Positions 28,401 to 35,531 of a stretch of DNA of 50,557 bases are shown piece after piece; position 1 is the stretch's first letter; each line of letters begins with the position of its first letter. The translations under genes were made by a program, and so were the position numbers. Source of the stretch: an uncultured Anaerolineaceae bacterium (lineage in GTDB: Bacteria > Chloroflexota > Anaerolineae > Anaerolineales > E44-bin32); NCBI GenBank assembly GCA_964524585.1, contig CAZGCX010000001.1, positions 1 through 50,557 of the forward strand, in the 5' to 3' direction. The notes under the pieces are model-generated. The model was not told the origin of the DNA. It did no database searches and was given only the letters and a program-made list of their open reading frames with translations.

Positions 28401-30401
28401 AATTCCGATACGCCCGACCGTCAACCAGTCCTTCGGCCCGGCAGTGGCCGGGAGCTGCGGCAGCTGTTGCGCCGCCCAGCGAGGATCGCCGCTCTTCTCG
28501 TAGGCCTCCGCAATTGCGATTCCGATCCTCCAGTCGCGCGGTGCCTGCCGTGCAGCTGACTGCAATTCACTGAGCGCCTGGTCTAGATGACCGAGATCCA
28601 CCAGCAGTTTGGCGTGCTCCAGCTTGTAATCCACCTGGTCAGGATTCAACTCAACCGCTTTGGCTGCCGCTTCGGCTGCCTCGCTCTCGCGTCCCATGGC
28701 GACCATCCATTCGGCCAGCTTGCCGTGTACCTGGCCGTTGGAGGGATCAAGCTGGCAGGCTTGCATCAGGTTCTGGCCAGCCGACTCGAGGTCTCCGCTC
28801 GACTGCTGCCAGCTTGCCAGCGCCAGCCGGGCCTCGACGGACTCCGGGCCCAACCGAATCGCCTCTTGAAAGGCTGCGTTGGCCGAAGCGGTTTCGCCCT
28901 TGGCGGCCAGGATCCTACCGAGCACAATGTGGGCCTCCACCGAAGCGGGGTCGTCGGTCAGCATCTGCTCCACGACCGACCCGGCCAATTCGAATTCGCC
29001 GACCTGAATGGCATCGAAGCTCAGCGCCTTGGGGTCGGGAGCCGCCTGCAGCTGCCGTTGGTTCAAAGCCTGAGCGAATGCGCCTAGTTTTTCGTAGGCC
29101 CTGGCCAATGTTTGGCGATAATCGTCGGCCTGGGGCGCCAGGGAAACTGCCAGCTCCGCCTCCGAGGCGCTGTCGTCCCAGGCGCCGGCTTCGGCCAGCA
29201 AGACCGCCAGCTGGTTGCGAGCGGAGGCGTTGGCGGGGAAGGCGGCAACCTGTTCTTGGGCCACCCGGATCGCGCCCTCCAATTCGCCACAGCGTCTCAA
29301 TCCGCCTGTCATGACCGCCAGCCAATCGTGGTCCAGGGACTGCCGAACCTGGGCAAGATCGGAAGCGGCCCGTTTCAAGGTACTGGCGGCCTGCTCCGGT
29401 TGCCCGTTGTCGGCCTGAATGCACCCCAGGGCGATCTGCTCCTCGATCGAATCCGCCGAATTGGACAACAAGGCCAGCGCATCTGCGACCCGGTCATGCT
29501 TCGCTAGGGAATGCGCGGTGCGCGCCCGTCGCGAAGGCGTTGGAACCGTCTCCAGCGCTCGCTGATTGGCTTCCACCTCGGTCACCAGGTCGCCCAAGGC
29601 CCGGGCGATGTCGGCGGTGAAGTCCGCCACGTGTGCGGTGGTTTGTGAGGCGGATTCCCAGGCTTGTCCCAATATGCTGCTGGCAGATTCGGCCTCGCCT
29701 GCGGCGGAGTGGCCAATTGCCTGGAGCAGCAGCGGGGTCAATCCGTCGCGGTGGCTGGTGCTGACCGCCTTGGGGAGGGACATCGTATCGATCAGCGCGG
29801 TTTCGCCGGCGCGCGAGATTTCAAGCAGCAGCGCCACCGTTGAGCCATTCGCGTTGCGAGCCAGATAGGACGCGGCCTCATCGGCCGGCAGGTTTGAGAG
29901 CACGATCTGTGCCGCCAGCCGGTGTGCTCCGGCATGCAGCAGGTCGGCCAGCACCGCCTCCGCCCGATCCAGCGCTGGCCACGCCACGCACAGCGGCGAG
30001 CGCCACCGATCGACGTCTGGCAAAAGTTGCTCAAGCATCGCGGGGTTCTCGCTCAGCTGGTGTGCCAATGTCAGCCCGATTAGGGCGGTTTCGAACAGGT
30101 CTCGATCCTCTCCCGAATCGCTGAGCGCCCGCTGCCACAGGCGCTCGGCTCGCTGGGCATGCGGTTGAAGCAATCCGACCTCGATCCGCTCGGTGAGTTC
30201 GCCGCCCAGTGCCAATGCAGCCAGGTGTGATGGCGTGAGATGCACCGGGGGCTGTGAGGAAACGACTTCCTCGAGGAATACCGGGTTACTCAGTGCTCGC
30301 CAGGCTTCCGGAACGCGCAGCAGACGCCCCAATACCAGGGCCAGCTCGCCCTCCGAGTAGTGCGTCCTGAGCGCGGTCAGAATCTCGCGATGGGTCTGCA
30401 T
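25395..30401 (-). CDS. giant tetratricopeptide-repeat (TPR) protein, 1668 aa
   Basis: Uninterrupted ORF. From about residue 330 onward there are dozens of 34-aa A/L/Y-rich helical repeats (e.g. ALNQRQLQ.., AIRLGPESVEARLALASW, AVELNPDQVDYKLEHAKLL, AIEIDPTCLQAYYRAGMLL). No catalytic motif was seen. Confidence 0.8.
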   Translation of the reverse strand: MQTHREILTALRTHYSEGELALVLGRLLRVPEAWRALSNPVFLEEVVSSQPPVHLTPSHLAALALGGELTERIEVGLLQPHAQRAERLWQRALSDSGEDRDLFETALIGLTLAHQLSENPAMLEQLLPDVDRWRSPLCVAWPALDRAEAVLADLLHAGAHRLAAQIVLSNLPADEAASYLARNANGSTVALLLEISRAGETALIDTMSLPKAVSTSHRDGLTPLLLQAIGHSAAGEAESASSILGQAWESASQTTAHVADFTADIARALGDLVTEVEANQRALETVPTPSRRARTAHSLAKHDRVADALALLSNSADSIEEQIALGCIQADNGQPEQAASTLKRAASDLAQVRQSLDHDWLAVMTGGLRRCGELEGAIRVAQEQVAAFPANASARNQLAVLLAEAGAWDDSASEAELAVSLAPQADDYRQTLARAYEKLGAFAQALNQRQLQAAPDPKALSFDAIQVGEFELAGSVVEQMLTDDPASVEAHIVLGRILAAKGETASANAAFQEAIRLGPESVEARLALASWQQSSGDLESAGQNLMQACQLDPSNGQVHGKLAEWMVAMGRESEAAEAAAKAVELNPDQVDYKLEHAKLLVDLGHLDQALSELQSAARQAPRDWRIGIAIAEAYEKSGDPRWAAQQLPQLPATAGPKDWLTVGRIGIQAALDLGGALEALDQAEQLGCSDPSLHFWYARGLEQEEQYQGASERYAKAISSIEPGSVELREQSTLGQARCELRRGHISAALAVLDDARQTFGGGSRVLALTSQVYRSAKLLDKAVEVAQQAVDVDPSDPTGWEALSEALAGSADFEAAFSAAERHSSLSPDSVRPWIQIGQLAADGGETALARKALAQAAWRARGDPTNLVRVASALSDLGHSRTAIQAIRAAVRQRPDDPAMRRSMAELYEYSGQLESALEAWQECARLVPNDEQPLRRAAVCAEQLGRSQKSIELLEQAQTVNPKSPGLRRRLASAYVAHGQVGRGIQTYSSALREAPNDASLAMEAAEAALLAGAAREALGFVGRAEQLAADEGRVQAALAEGYLLLNERGRAAKAIEKAVEHGESSGRVLAVLSIVRPDRAGAAQALSQAVPESAHDAIWIARAHRRLFEFEPAVQTLWRWNTEPAAIAELIRTELRMRDAGWLMQYADASLLSDTWPTEVKVDQLLEELQQYQPEQRLVDMLTAWAAAAEAPSGLAQFVEEDSSGELSEALTIAHLKQDALEQAVEAIALTKEINPEAEWLKLLEGISLELSGQHEQARSSFRKATDGGPLVPLAEYLIGRSYANSGSSERARTHIGKAVTEWMRQPAWQHRLGEIYLEAEQPDAALGHFQSATEADPANPIYQVDLAKTYQACGQLLQAENAFRLALQDEQPSPETFRLAGQVALQIDRPDEAATRFERACELAPDDALAHIGAANAAAALGKKQLAEKHLRAAIQLDPDRPEVLLGQGQVLMQTGKSAAAMEAFERALQVGADPAQVHRHQSKLLMKQGETQQALNALRQAVEAEPDDDATWHELAQALEAQSDLKGADEAIGQALRISPRNPVYRLKLAQISRRAGNLDRALEELRVARKTVPHDPRLAVETGLVHEDRREYSRALDAYREAIEIDPTCLQAYYRAGMLLRTLKAYRRAGEMLKQAAELAPINKDVMHQLAAVRALELVHG

Positions 30402-30405
30402 GGGG

Positions 30406-30741
30406 TCAGGCCGCAGGCCACTGGATTTGTGTCACCACCCAGTACGATGAGGCGATCATTCCCATGCCCAGAGTAACCAGGAACAGGCCGGCTCCGCTGG
30501 CTGTCTTGACCAGCTGATTCAAAGCCCCAACCAATTCCGAAGCGCTGTTCACCAGTCCAGTGATCTCATCCGCCATGCCCTTCTGACCCAGGCGGGCGGT
30601 GTGGGAAGCCAGCGACTTGATTTCCTTGGAGTAGCTGCGCGTGATCAGCACGAATGTTCCAAGGACCACACACATGCAGCCAAGAATGAAAACGGCTGCG
30701 GCGATCACGATCTGAACTTCCATCGGGCCAAAAGGAACCAT
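30406..30741 (-). CDS. small membrane protein (111 aa, two hydrophobic helices flanking a ~45-aa loop)
   Basis: Track ORF starts at GTG 30774. I prefer ATG 30741, which is preceded by GGAGG at ideal spacing. It ends 4 nt before the TPR gene start. Confidence 0.55.
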   Translation of the reverse strand: MVPFGPMEVQIVIAAAVFILGCMCVVLGTFVLITRSYSKEIKSLASHTARLGQKGMADEITGLVNSASELVGALNQLVKTASGAGLFLVTLGMGMIASSYWVVTQIQWPAA

Positions 30742-30777
30742 CTGAACCTCCGCTAGGCAGGGATGCAGGCACACAGT

Positions 30778-30793
30778 TGCAATCTCCGTGCCA
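30778..30793 (-). promoter_or_regulatory. sigma-54 promoter, exact consensus TGGCAC-GGAGA-TTGCA
   Basis: The minus strand reads gacTGGCACGGAGATTGCAactgtgtgcctgcatccctgcctagcGGAGGttcagATG. The position is ideal for a ~26-nt leader containing the RBS. Confidence 0.75.
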
Positions 30794-30909
30794 GTCCTGA
30801 TCCTCCAGGCCCCGGAACGGGCAGGATCGGAGGTGTCAGTTGCGTTGAATTGTCAGCCGAGGGGGCGAACGACTCGGGCCGTCGGGGGCGCGCCGGCGGC
30901 CCGAAGGGA

Positions 30910-32088
30910 CTACGAAGAAACTAGTGCTTGAAACTCAGGGGAGAGGTGTCCGAGATCGATCTCTTCGTCGTCGCAGAACAGCATGGCGCGCTCAATGACG
31001 TGCCGGAGCTCGCGGATATTCCCGGGCCAATGATGCGCCTTCAGGGCTTCGATGGCGCGCGGAGTGATCCCGCTCACCGGGTTCCCGGTACGCTGCTGGA
31101 TCTGGCGGATGAACGAACCGACCAAAGCCGGAATGTCGCCGATACGGTCGCGCAGAGGAGGCAGGTGCAGATCGACGACTTTGAGCCGGTAGTAAAGATC
31201 CTCCCGAAAGGTGCCTTCTTGCAGCATCGAGGGCAGATCGCGGTTGGAGGCGGCGATGATCTGAACGTCGACATGGATCTCGTTCACGCCGCCGATGCGG
31301 CGAAAGATCCGTTCGTCCAATACCCTCAGCAGTTTGGCTTGCATATCGGGCTTGGTGGAGGAGATCTCGTCCAAGAACAAGATGCCGCCGTCCGCCACTT
31401 CCAGCAGCCCCGGCTTGCGCTTGGTAGCACCCGTGAACGCCCCGGCCTCGTGGCCGAACAGCTCGGTTTCAATCATGGTGTCGGGCAGGGCGGCGCAATT
31501 GATCGGCACAAATGGCTTGTCGGAACGCGGTCCGGACATCCGGATCACCTGCGCCAGCACTTCCTTGCCGGTCCCGGTTTCCCCGGTGATCAGAGCCGAT
31601 ACCGAGGCCGCCGCGGCGCGCTGCGCCTCGTCCGCCACCCGCTGCATCTCGGCGGTGTCGCCAATGATCCACTCGTATTGCTCCTGGGTGGATTTGCGCA
31701 TCATCGCCAGCTCACGGCGCAGCGCTACGACTTCGCCGGCTCGCTCGACCGCGCCGATCAACTGCTCGAGATCCAGCGGCTTCTGCAGGTAGTCCTGCGC
31801 CCCCTGCTTCATGGCCTGTACCGCGGTGTCGATTTCGCCGAAGGCAGTCATTAGGATCACCGGCGGGCTGGGATTCTCGCGCGCAATGGCATCCAACAGC
31901 GACAGACCAGAGCCGTCGGGAAGCACCACATCCAGCAACACAATGTCAGCCGCACCGGTCTCAATCGCCTGCTTGGCCTCCGCCAAATCGCCGGCTTCGA
32001 TCGCTTCGTGCCCGGCATCGGACAATGCACCGCTGACGAAACTGCGGGCGGTCTCCTCGTCGTCAACCACCAAGATGGTGGAGCTCAT
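30910..32088 (-). CDS. sigma-54-dependent response regulator (REC + AAA+ activator), no C-terminal DNA-binding domain
   Basis: REC domain (ILVVDDE...DIVLLDVVLPDGSG), Walker A GETGTGKE, the GAFTGA loop (HEAGAFTGA), and GNIRELRHVIERA. The protein ends 22 aa after that motif at 392 aa, so no Fis-type HTH is present. Confidence 0.9.
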   Translation of the reverse strand: MSSTILVVDDEETARSFVSGALSDAGHEAIEAGDLAEAKQAIETGAADIVLLDVVLPDGSGLSLLDAIARENPSPPVILMTAFGEIDTAVQAMKQGAQDYLQKPLDLEQLIGAVERAGEVVALRRELAMMRKSTQEQYEWIIGDTAEMQRVADEAQRAAAASVSALITGETGTGKEVLAQVIRMSGPRSDKPFVPINCAALPDTMIETELFGHEAGAFTGATKRKPGLLEVADGGILFLDEISSTKPDMQAKLLRVLDERIFRRIGGVNEIHVDVQIIAASNRDLPSMLQEGTFREDLYYRLKVVDLHLPPLRDRIGDIPALVGSFIRQIQQRTGNPVSGITPRAIEALKAHHWPGNIRELRHVIERAMLFCDDEEIDLGHLSPEFQALVSS

Positions 32089-34022
32089 GCGGCCTCTTCG
32101 TTGGGAAGCAAACTGAAGCGTAGTGTAAACACGGTTCCTGCGTCGGGAAAGCTCTCAACCGAGATGCTGCCCTGATGTGCGGTCATGATTCGCCGGCTGA
32201 TTGCCAGGCCGAGCCCGGTTCCGGACTTCTTGGTCGTGAAGAACGGGTCGAAGATGCGGTCGATCTGATCGGCCGGGATCCCCGGACCGGTGTCGGCCAG
32301 CTTGAGTTCTACGCTGCTGCCAGCGCTGATTCCAACCGAAAGCGTTCCGCCTTCCGGCATGGCCTGAACCCCATTGGATACCAGATTGACGATAACTTGC
32401 TCCAATGTCCGTTCGTCTCCCGAGATGGCAGGGACATCGGAGGAGTAGTCTTTGTGGATCCGGACGTAGCTGCGCGTCAGGCGCGGCTCCCAGCGGGCCA
32501 ATATGCGGTCCATCAGCTGTGACAGGTCAAGCGGCCTGAACTTGAGTTCAAGCGGGCGGGCAAAGAACAACACGTCCTCCATCAACTGATCCAAGCGCTT
32601 GCACTCCCCCCGGATCCGATCCAGTGACGAATACTGGGGATGTTCGCTCCCCAGCCGGGAGGCGACCAGCTGCAGGCCGGTGCTGATGTTGTTGATCGGA
32701 TTGCGCACCTCATGAGCGAATATTGCAGCCACTTCGCCCAGCAGCGCCCGCTGCGCCAGGGATTCAGAGCGATCTTCGATCGCCTTGCGCTCTGACTGAT
32801 CGTTGAGCACCAGCAGTACCCGTGAATCCGAGCCCGCCTCGCGCGGGACCGCCCTGAGGTTGACCGGGATCGGCGTGCCGTCACGCCGGTGCAAGGTAAT
32901 GTGCGACCGCTCAGAGGTCCGTTCGTGACCGATGACGTCCAGTAGCGTGGTCAGGATGTCAGTCGGCCCCACCAAGACGTCTTGAATCGGCTGGCCCACC
33001 AACTCGCCGTCGCCGTAACCGAGCATGCGGCCGGCGGCGTGGTTGGCCCGCAGCACTTTCAGATTCGAATCGACGGTCAGGACCCCGTCGTTGACCGCCT
33101 GGGACTGAATCCGAAGTTCGCGCTCAGCTTTGTTGAGCTTGGACTCGAAATCGGTCAGTACCTCGCGCTGCATGCTGACCAAGATCTGCGCGTGGATCAG
33201 ATTTGCCAGAACTTCCATCAGCGAAATGGCGTCATCCGGCAGTTCTTCGAGATCACGCCAGCCGGCTACCAGCAGCCCGACCCAGGCCTTCGGTGTGCCG
33301 AGCGGAGCACTTCGCACGGCTCGTAGTCCCAGGGTTCGTGCCGCACGGTGCAGCGGGTGGTCCGGGCGGGTTCCGATCGCCCACAGGCTCGGCCGGTCCA
33401 GTGGATCGAAGTCTGAAGCGGAAAGTGAAGCCGGGAATCCGGAGGGAAGCTGTCCTTCCAGCAAGTAATCTGGGCCTTCCGGCGAAACCCGATAAACGCC
33501 GATGGCCGACGCCGCCAAGAGCTCTCCTGCGAATTTGATGAGCGCTGGCAGCACCAGGTCGGTGGTATCCAGCAGGGTCGCCGTGATTTCGATCAGGTTG
33601 GCCAGTTGCTCGCTTCGGTTGCGGACCTGCTGCTCTTCGCGCAGCCGGTCGGAGGTCGAGCGAACCTTGAGCAAGACCGCGATCGGCGGACTGCCGATCG
33701 TGCTGGGCTGTACGTCCACCAGCAGCCGGGTCCCGTCACGAAGCAGCATCGCTACCTTTTCCGCTCGCTGCTCTTGAGTCAACTGGGCCATGAAGCGCGG
33801 TCGGTCTTCCTCGGGGAACAGCCGCTCAGCGTCGAGTTCGGCCAGCTCATTGCGGGCGTACCCGCTCAATAGCAGAAAGGCGTGGTTGACTTCATGGATC
33901 TGCTCGCCCGCGGCGTCCAAGACCAAGACCGCCTCGTCCAACGAGTCGGCCAGGGTGCGGAAGAGCTCCTTATGCGGTTGTGGCTTGAGAAATCGGGTAA
34001 GCGATCTGGCGCTAGCTGGCAA
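32085..34022 (-). CDS. cytoplasmic PAS/GAF sensor histidine kinase (NtrB-like HisKA + HATPase)
   Basis: PAS-like N-terminus, a GAF-like middle and a second PAS. The H-box is FAHEVRNPINNI and the G-box is KKSGTGLGLAISRRI. No TM segments. TTG start with GAAGGA RBS. 4-nt overlap with the regulator gene. Confidence 0.85.
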   Translation of the reverse strand: MPASARSLTRFLKPQPHKELFRTLADSLDEAVLVLDAAGEQIHEVNHAFLLLSGYARNELAELDAERLFPEEDRPRFMAQLTQEQRAEKVAMLLRDGTRLLVDVQPSTIGSPPIAVLLKVRSTSDRLREEQQVRNRSEQLANLIEITATLLDTTDLVLPALIKFAGELLAASAIGVYRVSPEGPDYLLEGQLPSGFPASLSASDFDPLDRPSLWAIGTRPDHPLHRAARTLGLRAVRSAPLGTPKAWVGLLVAGWRDLEELPDDAISLMEVLANLIHAQILVSMQREVLTDFESKLNKAERELRIQSQAVNDGVLTVDSNLKVLRANHAAGRMLGYGDGELVGQPIQDVLVGPTDILTTLLDVIGHERTSERSHITLHRRDGTPIPVNLRAVPREAGSDSRVLLVLNDQSERKAIEDRSESLAQRALLGEVAAIFAHEVRNPINNISTGLQLVASRLGSEHPQYSSLDRIRGECKRLDQLMEDVLFFARPLELKFRPLDLSQLMDRILARWEPRLTRSYVRIHKDYSSDVPAISGDERTLEQVIVNLVSNGVQAMPEGGTLSVGISAGSSVELKLADTGPGIPADQIDRIFDPFFTTKKSGTGLGLAISRRIMTAHQGSISVESFPDAGTVFTLRFSLLPNEEAA

Positions 34023-34034
34023 GACAGTCCTTCG

Positions 34035-35423
34035 TCAGGCGGGAAGCTCCCGCGTCTTTCTTAGCCGGGCCGGCAGTATGCCCTCGATCGCTCGGTACTT
34101 GGCGACCGTACGTCGGGCGATTCTTACACCCTGACGCCGCAATTTGGTAGCGATCTGATCGTCCGTGAGCGGTTTGGTCTCCTCGCGCACGATCTGCTTG
34201 ATCCGGTCCCGCACCGAGAGACTCCGGTCGAAGAAGCGCGAAAGGGGGATGATTCTGCCGTCCGGCAGGGCGATCCCCTTGTTGGCTACCGCGCGCGACA
34301 CCGTCGATTCATGCACGCCGATCACGTCCGCCAACTCGGCGCGGGTCATTGGTTCCAGCTCCCGATCGCCCTCCAGGATGAAGCCGCGTTGCCGGCTGAC
34401 CAACTCCTCCATCAGATTGCGCATCGTATTGTTGCGCTGCTGCAGGCACTTGACAAACAGCGAAGCCCGTTCGAGGTGCTCCTTCCAGGCGTCTGACTGT
34501 TCGTCGGTCGCTTGCGGCAGGGCCTTGCGAAAGAACGGGTTCACCTGCAGCCAACCAGGCACGGAGGAGAAGATCTCGACCACCAGCGCGCCTTCTGCGC
34601 GCTGGGTGATCTGGATATCCGGGGCATGGTAGACGTTGGGGTCGGCTTCCTTGGCGGTCCGCGCCGATCCCCAGAAGGCACGCGCCGGATACGGATTCAG
34701 ATTCTCCTGAATAAAGCCGACCGCGGTGCGGATCTGCCCGGTCGTGGCCCCCAACTCGTGCGCAATGTGCTCGTAGTCGTGCTTTGCGAGCTGCTCGAAG
34801 TGCGACTCCAGAATATGCCGCGCTAGGCCGTCACCGGGTTGCAGCAGCTCAAGCTGCGCCATCAATGCCTGTCGCGGGCCGCTGGTTGCCAGGCCGGCCG
34901 GATCGCAATGTGAGATCAGGTCGATCACGCGCTCGACCTGCGAGAGTGTGCTTCGGGTGCTCCGGGCGACAATCGCCGGCGGATCGGTCAGGAAACCGTT
35001 ATCGTCCAAGCTGGAGAGGACATAGGCCGCGATCGGGCGATCTTCGACTTCCAATTCGGCGGCCAACTGCTGCAAGACATGGATTGCCAGACTCTCTGGC
35101 GCGACCGGCTCCTGATCGTCCAGCTCTTCCGGCATGCCGACCGAGCCCGAGTTGCCACCGACCGATTCGCGGGCGGAGACAAACACGACCGCCTCCTCTG
35201 CCGGGGCCGGAAGACTGCATTTGGGGCAGGGGCCACGGCGAGCGAGTTTGGATTGGCAGTTCGGGCAGATGATGTCTTCGGTCAGCTCGAGAGCAGGGTT
35301 GTTTGAGATCTCTTCCAGGATCCGTTCCCGCAGCTCGTCATTGGCGAGCGCCAGCAGACTCATGGTCTGGGCCAAATGTGCGGTAGCAACCGGTCGGAGC
35401 GAATGATCCTGTATCTGAAGCAT
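34035..35423 (-). CDS. rpoN: RNA polymerase sigma-54 factor
   Basis: Region I (LAQTMSLLALANDELRERILEEISNNPALEL), HTH, and RpoN box (ARRTVAKYR). I chose ATG 35423, which has a GAGG RBS and lies downstream of the promoters. The track start (35666) adds 81 non-homologous residues reaching into the trmFO gene. Confidence 0.9.
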   Translation of the reverse strand: MLQIQDHSLRPVATAHLAQTMSLLALANDELRERILEEISNNPALELTEDIICPNCQSKLARRGPCPKCSLPAPAEEAVVFVSARESVGGNSGSVGMPEELDDQEPVAPESLAIHVLQQLAAELEVEDRPIAAYVLSSLDDNGFLTDPPAIVARSTRSTLSQVERVIDLISHCDPAGLATSGPRQALMAQLELLQPGDGLARHILESHFEQLAKHDYEHIAHELGATTGQIRTAVGFIQENLNPYPARAFWGSARTAKEADPNVYHAPDIQITQRAEGALVVEIFSSVPGWLQVNPFFRKALPQATDEQSDAWKEHLERASLFVKCLQQRNNTMRNLMEELVSRQRGFILEGDRELEPMTRAELADVIGVHESTVSRAVANKGIALPDGRIIPLSRFFDRSLSVRDRIKQIVREETKPLTDDQIATKLRRQGVRIARRTVAKYRAIEGILPARLRKTRELPA

Positions 35424-35442
35424 CTTGGGCCTCGGGCGTGAG

Positions 35443-35448
35443 AGTATA
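35443..35448 (-). promoter_or_regulatory. candidate sigma-70 -10 box TATACT (within CACTGTATACT) between the sigma-54 -12 element and the rpoN start
   Basis: The minus strand reads TTGCAcatcacTGTATACTctcacgcccGAGGcccaagATG. The same 11-mer, CACTGTATACT, precedes smpB. Confidence 0.4.
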
Positions 35449-35456
35449 CAGTGATG

Positions 35457-35472
35457 TGCAAGTTGTGTGCCA
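35457..35472 (-). promoter_or_regulatory. sigma-54 promoter, exact consensus TGGCAC-ACAAC-TTGCA, upstream of rpoN itself
   Basis: The minus strand reads cacTGGCACACAACTTGCAcatc. The -12 element ends 33 nt before ATG 35423. Confidence 0.7.
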
Positions 35473-35516
35473 GTGACCAGATCCCAGCCAGTTGGAGAAC
35501 CGCCAAAGGGGCGCGA

Positions 35517-35525
35517 TGGTAGAAT
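35517..35525 (+). promoter_or_regulatory. extended -10 promoter TGGTAGAAT; leaderless trmFO mRNA
   Basis: TAGAAT ends 6 nt before GTG 35532 and there is no SD sequence. The identical word ATGGTAGAAT precedes ssrA. Confidence 0.5.
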
Positions 35526-35531
35526 GCGCGC

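Noticed and set aside
30794-30909. Search for an enhancer (UAS) inverted repeat for the sigma-54 activator upstream of the operon promoter. Candidates were TGTCAG-N11-TGTCAG and a GATCCTG/GATCAGG pair.
   Set aside because: Only short, imperfect repeats are present. None recurs upstream of the other two sigma-54 promoters, and the activator lacks a DNA-binding domain anyway.
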